Notes: generated by a model from the sequence alone, not told the origin. Shown: positions 13,904 through 27,673, numbered from the whole stretch's first letter. The stretch is DNA of 63,987 nt, filler included, from Reclinomonas americana ATCC 50394 (GCA_048213135.1; 11 parts of 11 records of this genome joined end to end with filler, not necessarily neighbours in it), one strand, 5' to 3'. Translations and numbers: made by a program.

Positions 13904-14473
13904 GGTGGCGTTCTCTCGACGTGCTGCTGAGGACGAGTCGACGGAAGAATTGCCGGGACGAGGTCGAGACACCAATCGTTGCGAAGTCCTCGGATCACCC
14001 GGCGTGAATTGTTGGTGATAAACAAACAACGGTGGTGCGTGTATCGCCAGCATTCCGTGATGTTGGTAGAAGTCGTGCACAAACTGCATAAGCTTTGAAT
14101 TCGATTACGGTGCCCGTTTCGCAGTCCTGTCCTCGCAAAGCCAAGATCGGCAGCTGCAATCGCGGCCAGAATTCGACTATTTAGTTGCCGTGCTTGTGGG
14201 ACCATAAGGACCGGGCACAGACCTCACCTTGGACCGTTGACGAACTTGGCGATCGATATTGGCCATCGAATTTCTTCTCCTTCTTCGCTCCAAACACGCA
14301 TCGGATCGGCTCCTGTTCTCGGATCCCCATGGAGGTGGCATTCTCAGAGCAGCTAGTACTGCCATACGGGCTGGGGGAGTCGTCGCTGTTGCTTCCGATA
14401 TTCGCGGTCCGCTGATTGAACCGACGATCTGACGTCACGCCCGCCCTTTACTTGTCACTCTCCTCGCGCAGCA

Positions 14474-15443
14474 ATGACCGATCGCATCTCTCGCGTTCTC
14501 CTCATTCTGGCCTACGTCAACCTCGGCTTTGCGGTCGCCGAGTCGCTAGCTCGATTCGGTGAGTCGCACAGAGAGGCGACAGAGATCGTGCTGGCACGCA
14601 CACGTATCCGAACACGCACGCACGCACTCCTCCCTCCCTCCCTTCACCCATCGCTCTCTTGCCCTCTGTTGCGCTCTGTCGTCTACGCGCACAGACGCTA
14701 CATCACAGTGAGCATTCGTTGACTGATGATGTGCGTTTTTGCCTTGGATAAGATCCGGTTGCCATCATTGCCGTCGTCGGCATCTTGGCCATCAAGCGAC
14801 GGTACGCTCTCTCTCTCTTGCACCCCTCTCACTATAACACACGCTCTCTCCAAAGTGTCTCACTCCGTCATTGCGACCACGTGTGCTTGCGCAGAGACAA
14901 GGATCTGATGTTTTGGGTGCGCTCGCTCACTCCCTCCCCCTCATGATCAGCCACCTGGCACTCGCTGCGATTGACTGACCACGTGTGTTGACTTGGGATC
15001 ACAGTTCTGGAGCTTCCTCTTTGGCAACATGGTGTTTGGTGAGACGACGCAGACCTCAAATCAGTTCTTTGTGTGTTGTGTGTATTCTTATCCTTTCTTC
15101 GTTGCAGACATTGCGTGGCTCTCTGTGTACGGCTGCTCGTTCAGCTTCGAGACGCAGTGTGTGGTACGCGTACTTTGTCCACATGCGCGTTCGTCTTCAT
15201 GGCGAACCCACCGCATGCGATGCACAGGGCTCGGATAATGTCATCCGCACCTTCCAGTTCGTCGAGGTCATCTCCATCATCAATCTAATCATCAAGGCCG
15301 CCACCGGCGCACTCGGCGTTGTCGCCTGGCGTGCCATCCCGGCGGGTGGTGGCGAGCCAGTCCCGTATCAGTCACAAAAGGACTCGAGGACGACCATCGA
15401 GTACAATCCTGGCGATGCCTCGATGCAGCCGACGCAGATCTAG
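14474..15443 (+). CDS. Small multi-pass membrane protein, AGTRAP-like, with micro-exons
   Basis: Spliced product has hydrophobic helices ...FWSFLFGNMVFDIAWLSVYG...FVEVISIINLIIKA and a polar tail. Micro-exons at 14895-14916 (22 nt) and 15005-15038 (34 nt) keep the frame. The family call is tentative. Confidence 0.55.
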
Positions 15444-15573
15444 TACCACCACCCTGCCTCCTCCCACAGCGGCGCACCCTCTATCGCTCGTCAAGTAAAC
15501 ACACTTTTCTTCTCTTTTTTCACACGTGCAACACAACACTGCTTGCGATCGATCGGTCGGCAGTCTCGCTCGC

Positions 15574-18500
15574 TCACTCGGTGCCGGTGGAATCGGCTGC
15601 ATCCGTGGAGACCGGCGACGCGGCGGCCAGTTCGGTGAGGTTGGTCCGCGAGGCGCGCAGCTCGCGGTTGTGATTCAGTACTGACGAGATGGCCTTTGTC
15701 CACATGCACTTGGCGTGATGTGAACGCGTGGCGTCGCCAAAGAACGACATCGACAGCGTGTTGCTCAGGCCGGCCAAGTCAGTGATGCCGGCGCACCTTT
15801 TTTTCACATAGTCAGTCATGCGGGTTCATGTTGCAAACGCGAGAGGTAGCGTACCAAACAATCGGATCCTGCTCCTGCAGCAGGTGACGCGCACGAATGG
15901 CCTCCTCGGCACGGAAGAGCGACTCGTCGACTGAGGTGCTCGGAGCCACCAACACTGGACGATGGAGGGTGACAATGAGCAGAGAATGGCATGACTTACT
16001 GTTGTTGTTGTTGCTGCTGTAGGACTCACCTGGATACAGGGACCAGTACAGAGCACATCGATTGTAGAGATGCTCGTCGCACAGCACCGGAATGACAGGG
16101 CACGTTGGCTTGAGCTTGGACAAGTGCGTCGCCGTCACGCCCTTGGCCGAGAAGCACACAATGGCCGCGTTGCACGGCGGGCTGGTCCACGTACACGAGT
16201 TGTCAGCAGCAATCGATATGAATCACTGGTCAGCTGGAGGACGGACTCACGAATGCGCGGCAGCATACGCAGCACGGGTGATGCTCTCACGAAAGTAGTC
16301 GCTGGAGTGGTGCACAAAACGCGTCTGCACGCGCCAACAGGTTAGCAAAGTGACAATCTCCTGACTGTGATCTTGCACAAACCGGCTCAATCTTGTGCAC
16401 AGACAAGCGCCACTGGTCGAGATTGGCCTCCACCGCCAGCGCAATGCGATTCATCTGCCGCACACGTCAGTGCACCACAAACTAGCTGTGGTTGATGAGG
16501 TGTGCTGCGCACGCAACCGCTTCGACGGCAGCAATCGGGTACTTGCCGGTGGCCGACTCGGCCGACAACATGACGGCGTCGGTGCCATCGAGCACCGCAT
16601 TTGCCACATCGCTGACCTCGGCGCGCGTCGGCGACCCGTGCTCAATCATCTTGAGTGCCGCGTACAGTGAGTACTCGTGTAAACGACTGATGAAGTGCAC
16701 GCATATGGCTTCAGCGTACCGATTCGAGCATCTGTGTGGCAGTAATGACGGGCTTGCCGGCACGATTTGCACGCGAAATGAGCATCTTTTGCGCCACTGG
16801 CACCGACTCGAGTGCACACTCGACGCCGAGATCTCCACGCGCCACCATGATGCCGTCGGTCAGCGCCATGATTTCGTCAATCACATCCAGAGCCTGCACG
16901 ATTATGTGTGACAAGCAGCAGCAGCATCGCCACGCGTGCACGCACTCACCTGTGGCTTCTCGATCTTGGAGATGATGTGCGGCCGCTGCTTCCCGGCCGG
17001 CAGTTTCTCCTGGATAAAGTCCAACAAATCCTGCACGTCTTCCGGACCCTGTTACACATTGTAAGTGTCGTGCACCTCACGCCAGGTGTGAATGCGCCGC
17101 CACTACACCTGCACAAACGACAGCGCAATGTACTCAATGTCGTACTGCAGCAGGAACGCCGCGTCGCGCTTGTCCTTTTCTGCACTTACACACACACCTC
17201 AACAGTGAGACACTTGCTTCTTCTCTCATCCCTTCTCCCACGAGACTCTCACCTGTGAGAGCGGCCATGGCGACCTTCATGTCGGGCACTGCGACGCGAG
17301 TGAGTCTCGGAGAAAAAAAGCGCGCACAGCAACACTTCCTCCACCGCACCATTGATGCCCTTGCGATCCTTCAGCACTCCCGGCTGCACGACCAAACACC
17401 GCACCAGCGTTTCGTCGACACGCTCCGTCACGCGCAGCACAATGTTGCCGTCGTCGATCATGACGCGCTGTCGGAAGGCACGCGAAATTAGCACAGAGGG
17501 AGGCGGAAAAAACGTGCTTGCTGTCGCACCTGGCCGACAGTAAGATCGCGCACAACATCGCGCAGTTTCGTGGTCACACGGATCGGAGCGTCGGCCGCCG
17601 TACGACCACCGTGCTCACGAGAAAACGCGAATTCGACAGTCATGCCGACCTCCAGCGGCACCGGCTGATGGTCGATCATCTCATTCGTACGCATCTTTGG
17701 TCCACACAGATCGCCTATTCCACACACACACACACCATCAGCAACGGTGGTGTACATACATGTGAATGCCTGGTATACACAAACCGAGAATGGCCACGGG
17801 CACCGCCAGTCGCTTGGCCATTTGCCGAATGTTGAGAATGTGGTCGTGGAACACTGTGGGATCGTCCGTGTGCGACATGTTGAGACGAATGACGTTGGTG
17901 CCGGCCAGCAGCAACTCGTCGACGCGATTGAAGGTGGCCGGACCCAGTGCTGCATCACAAGTCAGTCGGAGAGACAACTCGCCGAGTTTAAGTGACAAGG
18001 AGCAGTGCGCAACTGGCCACGATCTTGGTCAGTCGGTGACGCGGCCGCGTGGGCAGAGCAACGCCACCAGCCGGATACACCGCCGTGCTGGCATACTCCG
18101 ACGGCAGTCCCGATCCTCCACTGGCAGCACGGTACTGCGCATAGGTCTCCGGATGATGCAGCTCGCGTGGCGACGGCAGCTGCGTGGCAGTCACAGCCGC
18201 CGACACCGCCGAGGCAATGTGGTCACTGCTGACAGAGAGCGGCAGCGAGAGGTGCACTCGGCGCTCGTGCTCATGTCGGTAGTGTGAATGCACATGCGCG
18301 TGAAGAGTCTGCGGCAGCGCGTCTCCCGGATGCGCAGCGGCTGCGGCATTGGCGGCGGCCAGGGCCAGCGTGGAGGTGGAGGAGGCCACGAGAAGAGGGC
18401 GCTGTCGCGCGGGAGACTGCGAGTTGGAGCGCGAGCTGCCGCGCAGCAGCTGATACGAGACCTCATTGGAGGCATTCACGGTGGCGGGCTCGGCGACTGT

Positions 18501-18584
18501 CGGTGGCACCTGGTCGCGGAACGCTGTTGCCTCGTCGGCGGCAATCGAGTCGCGAGTGAGCTGGCGGGCATTGCGCTCCTCCAT
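15574..18584 (-). CDS. PYK: Pyruvate kinase with a long N-terminal low-complexity extension
   Basis: Motifs [89 protein letters not shown]. Confidence 0.95.
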
Positions 18585-18712
18585 TCTTTGAGTTGAATTG
18601 CGTCGAAGAATCTCCGACGCGCGCAGCGGGACGGACGACGAGACAAGGAAGTTCGTTGTTTTTCCTTTGAATGTATACATTGCGGCGTGCTACAGTGGCT
18701 TCCGACTGCTCC

Positions 18713-19791
18713 TCAAATGGCCGGTGCAAGCAGCTGCTCCTGCACGTATCGATCGTCTTCTGTTGGCGTGAGATAGAGATCGTGAATTCGGGAAATCTCC
18801 TCGGCCACTTGCGGGTACGAGTCGGCCAGCTCGCGGCAGAACTGTCGCATCCTGTCTTGACGTTCTCTCTACACACGCGCGGAGACAGCAAGTTAGCAAC
18901 GAGTAGCTTTTCCGGCGTGGAAAAGATACAGGAAAAATCGCGCAACTGTTCGTTCCAACTCGCGATCCAGCTGCGCCTCTGGTGTCTTGTACTCGTAGGC
19001 ACCCTCGTCGGCCTGGCGCACCAGCTCGGCCACCTTTTGCGATCGTGACTTGGCATCAATGATGCGTGTCCTCTGTTCACGTGTGTGTCAGTCTGGGAGG
19101 CAGGAAGAGACAAAGAGGTGTTTTTGTTTGTTTTTCTTGTTACGTACCAGCGCCTGCACCTCCATCAACTCGTGTCGCTCGCGCTTGCTCTCGGTGCGCA
19201 GCTGATCCACCTCCTTGGCACGCTCACGCATGCGCACGCCGAGTTCGCGCTGCAGTCTGTAGCCCTCACGAATGTCTGCGCGCAACAAAGAGCACAGACC
19301 GTCAGCATTCTCATCAAGCACACACACATGGAGGGCGACACGAGCAAACCTTGATCGTACTTGGCCGCCTCCGACTGCACTCTTTGCAGCTCGGCTGTAC
19401 GNNNNNNNNNNNNNNNNNNNNNNNNNNNNNNNNNNNNNNNNNNNNTTAATTAATTAANNNNNNNNNNNNNNNNNNNNNNNNNNNNNNNNNNNNNNNNNNN
19501 NACGAGTGCCGACCAGTCGCTTGAGATCCTCACTCTACGCAAGTCGTTCAAAATCAATCAGACACTCTCGCTCACTCACGAGAGAGAGAGAGACAGAAAC
19601 ACGCACCTTCTCGCGTGCATCAAGCACCACGCGATCAATCTCCTCATTGAGATGACTCTCAATCGACTTTTGCACCCTCTCGGGGAACATCTGTGTGTGT
19701 CGCGCAAACATGAGTACCTTCGCGAGAGACAGAGTGTGTGTGTGAGTGTGCGCACCGCGAAGGGATGATCATCGTCGTCTGAGTCGCCCAT
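18713..19791 (-). CDS. Coiled-coil protein of unknown function spanning the 19402-19501 gap
   Basis: Starts MGDSDDDDHPFA at 19791. ...LKRLVGTR|gap|RTAELQRVQSE is in frame. Ends ...QEQLLAPAI* at 18713. Confidence 0.55.
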
Positions 19792-19938
19792 GATTAATGA
19801 TTGCGCGTCACAACTGCTGACCGCGAGCCACGCACAGTGCATTGCATCTGTCCCACATCGCCTTCGCGCGCTTTTTCGTGTGTTTCCATTGTTCCGCGCG
19901 CGTTCGTGCCTGTGTTTGAGTGCCAAGCGAACCTCATC

Positions 19939-22428
19939 ATGGGCCTCGTCAAAGCACTGGTGTGGCTCATCATTCTGGGCGTGACTGCGTTGCTGGGAGT
20001 GTCGACGTACTTTGCGCTCACAGCCTCGCCCCCTGCGTACAACACAGTTGAGTGTGTGTGTGTGTGCCCCCCCCCTTGCCTCATAGTGTCTGCTCTCTCC
20101 ATGTGTGCGTGCGTGCGCGTGTGTGTGCGTGCGTGTGTGTGTGTGTCATGTCTGAGACATGCTTGCACAGGCGGTGTCGCAGCGCTCACTGTCGGCGCCG
20201 TTGGATGGACTCGACAGTCGGCAACTGGCGGAGCGACTGGCCAAGGCGTGCTCGTTTGAGGTGCGTGCTGCATGATCGGATTTGCAGGAAAACGAAGTTG
20301 AGGTGTGATGGTGATGATGATGGTTAACGTGTTGCACAGACGGACAGCTCGGCGCCGGGGCCGGAGCTGGACGCCAAGTTCGACAGTCTCTTGCAGTGGA
20401 TCAAGGAGGCGTTTCCGCTGGTGCATCAGACGCTGCAGCGTGAGTTGCCGCTGCGCGGCAAGCACTCGATGATTTACAAGTGGAACAGCATTCGTGGAGG
20501 TCGTTTTTTCAAGTTGTCTTGTCTCACGTTGCACCTGTGTGTGGTCGTGGTGGCTCACGTTGTTGCTGTGGCTTGCGCAGCTGGCAAGAAGCCGGTGCTG
20601 CTCATTGCGCACTTGGACACTGTCGCGGTGGCCAGCGAGACGCTGCATCAGTGGGAGGGCTCGCCGCGTGGCGAGGTGAAGAATGGCAAGGTGTACGGAC
20701 GCGGTGCGTTGTTTTCGCCTCTCTTCCTCTTCGTCGCGCCCCCACTCACATTCGTCTTCGCGCAGGCACGCTGGACGATCTCGGCAGCGCCATTGGTCTG
20801 CTGGAGGCCGTCGAGCACCTGCTGTACCGCTCGCCAAACTTCGATCCGGCTCGCACCATCTACCTCGCCTTTGGTCACGACGAGGAGGTGAATGGCTCCG
20901 GAGCCAAGGAGATGGCCGACTTGTTCGCGTCGCGCGGCATCGAGTTTGAGGTTTGCCTGTTCCGCCATCCACAACCATGTTCCCCGCCCATGATCTCACT
21001 CCGCGTGTAGCTCGTGCTGGACGAGGGTGGTGCGGTGTCTACCGATGGGTTCCCTGGCGTCAGCCAGCCGATTGCAGTGGTCTCGTTCACGGAAAAGGGA
21101 TTCGTCACGGTCGCAGTGTCGGTGGTCACCGAGGGCGGTCACTCGGCCCAACCGCAGGCGGTGACCACCATCGACATGTTGGCCACGGCTGTGCGTGCGG
21201 TGCGCGGTGATCAGTTCCCGTCGACGGTGCATCCGTTGATGGAGCAGCTCCTCTCCACGGTCGCTATGGTGTCGTCGCTGCCGAAGCGTGTCATTATGGG
21301 CAATCTGTGGTGGACTGACCCGCTCGTGCGTGGCATGTTGGCCAAGAACAAGTTGCGTGTGCCTGTCAACTCGCTGGTGGACGACGCCCTGGTTGCGACT
21401 CACGCGCGCGGAAAAAATCGTGCACAGTGTGTTGAACGCCATGATCCGCACCACTTGTGTGCCGGTGCAGATCCAGAGTGGCTTCGCGTACAACGTGGTG
21501 CCGCAGACGGGCAAGGTGATTTTCAACTGCCGTCCCATTCCGGGAGAGACCATCAAGTCGACTCTGGCACACATTCGTCACAGCCTCGACCGCTACGGTC
21601 TCACCTCCGCCACTGTGGAGCTGGTGCCGGAGAGTTGCGAGATGTTGACTCCTTATTCCTTTTCATTTTGGGTCCCGTGACTCACCAGATTGAGTTGCAG
21701 GCATGAGCAACGACCCGCCGGCGACGTCGCCCGTGGACTCGCCAGCATTCCTCTATCTGGCGGGCCAGATTCGCTCGCAGTTCTCGGATGCACTTGTCGT
21801 GCCGTCGTTCACTGTGGGCGCCACCGATGCCCGCTCCTACCACAAGGTCTGCGCCAATGTGTTCCGCTTCATGCCGGCCAAGCTCTCCAGCGCCGACCTC
21901 AAGCTGATGCACTCGTTGCGTGTGGCGACTGTGTGTTCGACTCGTGTGTGTGTGTGTCGCTGAAACTCACAGCTCTCGTGCAGAGCCAATGAGCACATTG
22001 ACATTGAGAATTACACCGGCCAGGTGCGCTTCTATGTGCGCTTCATGCACAGCCTCGAAGAGCTGCAGAACAGCCCGAGCCTCGCCGAGCGCAAGGCCGA
22101 GAACGAGGCCAAGCTGCGAGCGGCTGTTGCTCCTCCGCCACCGCCGCCACCACCTCCTCCACCACCACCACCAGTGCAGCAGCAATACGAGCGCTATCAG
22201 CCTCCGACTCCGCCACCACCACCGCCACCGCCACCGCCACCACCACCAGTGGCAGAGCCGGAGCCGGAGCCGGAGCCAGAGTCAGTGCCAGAGCCGGTGC
22301 CAGAGGTCGAGCCTGAGCCCGAATGGCCGCAAGCACAAGAGCAGCAGTGGCAGCCGGAGCAGCACTACGATCCCACACAGCAACACCAGCAGTACGAGCA
22401 GATGCATGCGCCTACGGACGAACTCTGA
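19939..22428 (+). CDS. M20 family metallopeptidase (carboxypeptidase S/PM20D1-like) with N-terminal signal anchor and Pro/Glu-rich tail
   Basis: Motifs LLIAHLDTV, GRGTLDD, FGHDEE, LDEGG, EKG, GGHS, NVVP, GATDAR, MHSANEHI. Hydrophobic N-terminus. Confidence 0.92.
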
Positions 22429-22475
22429 GCTGTGCATGCAGTGCGTGACAGAAGTGAACCGCGCGAGGTGCATTA

Positions 22476-23431
22476 TTATTTCTTCTTCCACATGAGATGA
22501 GCGCGATCCATGTCCTTGGCGAGAATGGCGTACACCCACATATCGTCGAGTTGCGATCCGATATAGTACGCCTCGCGATGAATGCCCTCCAACAGGCATC
22601 CGACGCGCTGCAACAAACAACAGCAAGCAGCATGAGGCTTCATAAAACGGAACACAGAAATAGACCCCACATGCACGGAACCGTGGCGACGCCCTTTGAC
22701 TTGTGATTATCGCAGTGAATCTGCACACGGGGGCGGCGGCGGCAACTGAGCGATGCACGAACAACGGCACAGAGAGGGAGAAAGGGCAAAGCACCTCAAA
22801 CACCAGGCGATTGAGCGACACCTCCGGCAACAGCGGCGCCGGTGTTCCATCGTCATCGCCCACACAATCGACCGCCTGCAGCTCACTGCGACGCCCAAAC
22901 GCCAGCTGGACCATGCACTGCACGGCACGCGTGGCCAGCCCACGGCCCACACAATCCGTACGCAGCCAGTAGCCAACAAACGCGCTGCGATTGAGCGGAC
23001 TGATGGAGAAGAAGGCCACTGCGCCCAGCACTCGGCCTCCAACCGCCGCCGACCCACTGCCACCTCCAACCTCCTCCTGATCACCCTCAATGATCACGTA
23101 CGTGTATGCAGTGCCTGCTGCTCGTCCATCTGTGGCGCGTTTCACCCATGCAAGACCCGACTCTTCTCCTGCGTGTGCGCGTGTCAGCGATGCAAAGGGG
23201 ATAAGAGAAGTACACAAAGCGCCTGCGCAAACCGTTAAAGGTGGCAGCCCACGTGATCCACCGTTGCATTTGCTCCTTGGAGAACATGATGCTCTCAGTG
23301 ACGCGCGCAAGATGTCGCTGCATGACGGGTTCCAGTCGCACACCGCAGTCTTCCAGCTGTGCTCCCACAGTAAGTACACATCTCTCTCACTCCCCAACAG
23401 CAACAGCAAGACGCACCTTGATCGCCGACAT
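22476..23431 (-). CDS. GNAT N-acetyltransferase, RimJ/RimL family
   Basis: Spliced product contains AFVGYWLRTDCVGRGLATRAV..LAF..LNRLVFEIHCDNHKSKGVATRVGCLLEGIHREAYYIG..DDMWVYAIL. Confidence 0.85.
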
Positions 23432-23522
23432 TCGTACGCAAAAACGAGCTTTCGTCCACCCAATGACCTCTCCGATCACACTCCGCTCTCGTTCTTTGTG
23501 TCAGTGTGAGCACGCGCAAACC

Positions 23523-23891
23523 ATGAAGTTGCACTTTGGTGGAGGCGCAGCGATTGAGGTTCAACTGAGGGAAGCCGACGAGCCGCTCTTGTCGCTTTGC
23601 GCGCGCGCGTTGCGTGTGGATCCGACCTCGGCTGCCGCGCAGTCCTTGGCGCGCATGCAGTTGACACACTCTGGTCTCTGCGCGCGCGTGTGTGCGTGGG
23701 AGAGAGAGCGAGCGAGTTGGAGAGAGCTCACATGTGTTCTGTGTTCAGGCACATCGTGGACTGTGGGTCAGAGCACGGTGCGACAGGCGGCGCTCACCGA
23801 AGACTCGCAAGTGTGGCTGTCGATGCCGCCACGACCGGCCTCGGCTGCTGCCTCTGATGAGTCGTTGCGACGATCAGTGTCTGAGTCAACG

Positions 23892-23931
<40 letters not shown>

Positions 23932-24612
23932 CGACAACGACAGATGAGGTTGTTCGTCGCTTGCAGGCCAGTGCCTTGTCGTCGCCGACGCGAGAGGATC
24001 GTGTGTCGGCGGTGGAGCAGGGCGTGATGACGCAGATGGAGAGTGAGGCGCAGGGTTCGGGTGCGGCGGCTGGAGGATCGTGTGCCGACGATGGCGACGT
24101 GCAGAGACCGCTGATCATGGAGTTGTCCCCGGATGCGTGTCTCACTGAGGGTTTGTGTCTGTTGTTATTGCTGTTGGTTGGTTAGGTGGCTGGCTGGTTG
24201 GTGTGTGCTGATGGGCGTGGGAGCAGGTGGAGTGCGGGTGCGGATCATTGGCGAGAACTTGCGCATGTCGCCGGCCGATCGCATCAGCATTCGGTTCGGG
24301 CAGCTGCTGGTGATGCCGCGAGCGGCGCAGGCGCACGAGATAGAGTGCGTGGCTCCGTCGCACCCACCAGGGCCTGTGTTTGTGGAGGTGCGTGTGGGGG
24401 TGTGGTAGTGTGTATGTGTCGAAAGATTGTGTAAACGTGAGCGACCGCAGGTCTCCCGCGACGGTGGAGTCACGTGGAGCAACAGCAAAAACATCTTCAC
24501 CTTCTACACCAGGAACCAAGTCGAGGATCTTGTGGCAGTACCCACCGAGCGTCGCATGGCCGACAAGAATGTCACCAAGACCGAGAGTCTCATGCACGAG
24601 TTTGTCAGCTGA
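23523..24612 (+). CDS. IPT/TIG domain protein with poly-Thr tract and possible ubiquitin-like N-terminus
   Basis: PLIMELSPD..GGVRVRIIGENL..IRFG..IECVAPSHPPGPVFVEVSRDGGVTWSN..FTFY is an IPT/TIG pattern. Confidence 0.75.
23889..23942 (+). repeat. (ACA)n coding microsatellite, poly-Thr
   Basis: Run of aca/acg triplets in frame within the IPT/TIG gene. Confidence 0.9.
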
Positions 24613-24694
24613 TCGTGTACGTTTGTTTTTGTTTGCTGCCGCGGAATGCAAGTCGTAAGTGTATCGACATTATGTGTTATTACTACTGCTACTG

Positions 24695-27471
24695 CTATCT
24701 TCGGCGGTCTCTCCGACCCACCCCCACTGCACCGAGCAGCGAGTCGTCGACCGAGGCCGCTCTGACCAGTTGCGGGGCGCCACGATGCATGTCGGCCAGG
24801 TAGCGGAGGGTGGCACGATCGGCGTCGCCAAACAGCGACACATCCTCCTCCGAGACACGCCGTCGATTGCGTGTGTTTGCGGCCGCCGGGGACATTATCG
24901 TTACCACAGGCTCTGCAGTGCTGTTGACGCTTCCGTTTGCTGAGCGCGACGGCGACACTGGCTGCGCCACCACGCGTCGGCGTCGTTCGCCAGCCCATCG
25001 TCGCGACTTGCAAGGCAATCGTGCGATTAGCATTGTTGACTGAGGGAGCATTGCAAGCGAGAAAAAAAGACACCGACCTGTGGACTCTGCAACACGGTGG
25101 TGGCATTGGAGGCGGTGGTCGCCGGCGTGGTCACCGAGGGCGACCGCACATCGGCAAACTCGCTCTCCATGTCACGCTGCTGAATCTCAAGGCGCTCCAA
25201 GATGCCCTCCACACGGCGCAGTCGATCCGAACCGGCCAGTGACCTCGACGATTCGCGCAGAGAGGCGTCGGGTGCTCGCTCACCGATCCCACCACCCGCT
25301 GGAGTCCCGGCAGCTGCGGTTGCAGGTGTGGAGGCAGCGCTCAGCTCGAACACCGACAACTCGCTGCGGTCCTCTGTTTCACGCGCTGTGGTCGTGGTGA
25401 GCATGATAGAGATATCCAAAAGCTCAGGCATCCACTCCAGTGCCAACTCACCAACGGCACTACGTCCGCCCGTCGCAATCGTCTGCATCTGCTCGTCCCA
25501 CAGACGTGCCAGCTCCGAGTAATCACGCTCAAAACTGCTGGCGTGCTGCGGTGGCGCATGTGTTGCCGTCGACGCAGCGCCGCTGGTGATTGTCGACGCG
25601 GTGTTGGTAGCCGTAGCAGAAGCAGCAGCAGCAGCAGCTGAAGCGGCGACGCGAGTTGTCGCAGTGGGAGCAGTTCTCGGTCGAACGCGGTCAGGCTGTG
25701 GAGGCGCGCTTCCGGGTTTGGTAATCTGCTGTCGGACCTCTGCGCCACGTGCAGCACACTCTGTGAGCGCAGACGAAACAAACGACGGGAACAAGCCACC
25801 CGAAACTCGTGTTGGCCTCCTTCAGAGTCCTCTTGGCCACCTCACTGCGTTGATTCGACTGCTGCAACACCTTATGCTCGAGCTTCGCCACATACTTGTC
25901 CTTTTGCGCCAGTACCTCGCGCTGCTTGGTGTTTTCGGTGAGGAGGAACTGAATGCGCCGTGCCGCACCGAGAAGTCGCTGTGCAGCCTCTGCCGCCGCC
26001 CGCCTGCTCTGGAGACCGAGGGCACGCATACGCTCCTCGAGCACACGACATCGATCACGGCTCTCCCTGTTGCCAGTGCTCCGTGTTAGCGGGAGACTGA
26101 TTGTTTTGTACAAAGGGAGAGAGCAAGCGGCGCAACTGTAAGGCGAGTTCCTTTCGCCGCAATTCCTCCAGCAGCTGGCGGTTCTCGCGATCACGATTCT
26201 CGGCCGCAGCAATGGCTGCCGGTGGTGGCACATCCGAGAGGCTGTCACGCGTCGTTTTAGCAACTATAGAGGAGAAAGATAGAACGAAGATGGCGACTGG
26301 CGTGTACGCAACAACTCGCGAGGCGGCTGCGATCGGTGCACCATGCTGGGTGTGATCTCGCGCACGGCGAGTTCATTCAGCTTGCGTTCCACCGGAAAGA
26401 CGACGTTGCTGACGTGCGACTCGAGCTTTGCCGTGGCGACCTCACTCAGCACCATGGTCTCCAGTTGTTGTCTGCGCTTCTCCTGCAAGGAAACGCGGTC
26501 GGACAACTCACGGGTGAGAGAGAAGGAAACAACAAGCGATAGTTACCGATTCCTGCAACCGCGTTCGCAGATGCGTGACATCCTCTTCTGTGGCACGCAA
26601 ACGAATCGCCAAGTCCGCATTCTCGTCGACCAGTCGTTGTACGTACTCACTGCAATCGAGGCACGTGAGTCTCATCGCTCAAACACTGAGCACGAAGCAC
26701 GACCGACGCAACAAGGTCTTCGCAGCCTCATCGGCCTGCGCCTGTTGCGACTCGCTCCACTGCGTCTCCAGTGACGCACAGTACTGCCGCAACTCGGCGT
26801 GCTCTCGCTCGAGAGCCACCAGCATCTCGCGCTGCGCTCGCATGCGACGATCCACATCCTGCACGACAAAATCAGTCACTTCATCTCTCGCCCTCCGACC
26901 GGCCTCCGCACACCTTCTCGTGCACAACGGCCTCGGCGACCTGCACACCATGCTCCTCCACCTGCCTTTGCATGGCTCGCTGCACGCGTTCGCTCGTCGT
27001 GAACAGCTCATCCACCTGCTTCGCCACCGAGTGCTCCCGATCTGCCACAGTCACACGACGCGAGATCAGACTCCCCCCGGTGCATCACCAAGTCGCTTCC
27101 AGCTCAGCACATACTCAACAGTGTCGCTTGGCCTGCTCGTGCAGCGCCTGCTCCAGGTTCTCCATCTCGTCGCGCTCCAAATGCGCCATCCGCAAGATCT
27201 CTCGCTGTTCGTGTAACGGCAATGCTGCGAGATACGACGACGACGACGATGCCAATGTGGCGGTGGCGGAGGCGAGCGATGATGGCAGCGGTCGTCCTGC
27301 TGTTGAAGATGAAGAGGAGGAGGAGGAGCGACGAGGAAGGATGTCTTGTTCGACTTCACTGCCACTCTCCTCGTCGCCGCCATCAAAGGACTTTGGGTGG
27401 CGCGCGGCCACACGCACTGTCACAGGGTCGTCGGCAAAGACAGCGCGTCGCGTGCGCCCTGCTCCACTCAT
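24695..27471 (-). CDS. Coiled-coil protein of unknown function (multi-exon)
   Basis: Starts MSGAGRTRRAVF. Heptad-rich exons (e.g. IQFLLTENTKQREVLAQKDKYVAKLEHK) are separated by GT-AG introns. Confidence 0.6.
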
Positions 27472-27673
27472 CTCTATGATCTTGTTGGTTTTCCCGCCAA
27501 TNNNNNNNNNNNNNNNNNNNNNNNNNNNNNNNNNNNNNNNNNNNNTTAATTAATTAANNNNNNNNNNNNNNNNNNNNNNNNNNNNNNNNNNNNNNNNNNN
27601 NGCTTCCACACACAGCGCACTGCTTCCTCCTTTGCCTCTCTGTCTCTCTCTCTCTCACTCAACCATCGCGCAG

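Noticed and set aside
15574..18000. Non-spliceosomal or non-GT-AG introns
   Set aside because: The junctions examined have GT and AG ends with CTGAC/CTAAC/CTCAC-like branch motifs. Only positions +3 to +7 are atypical.
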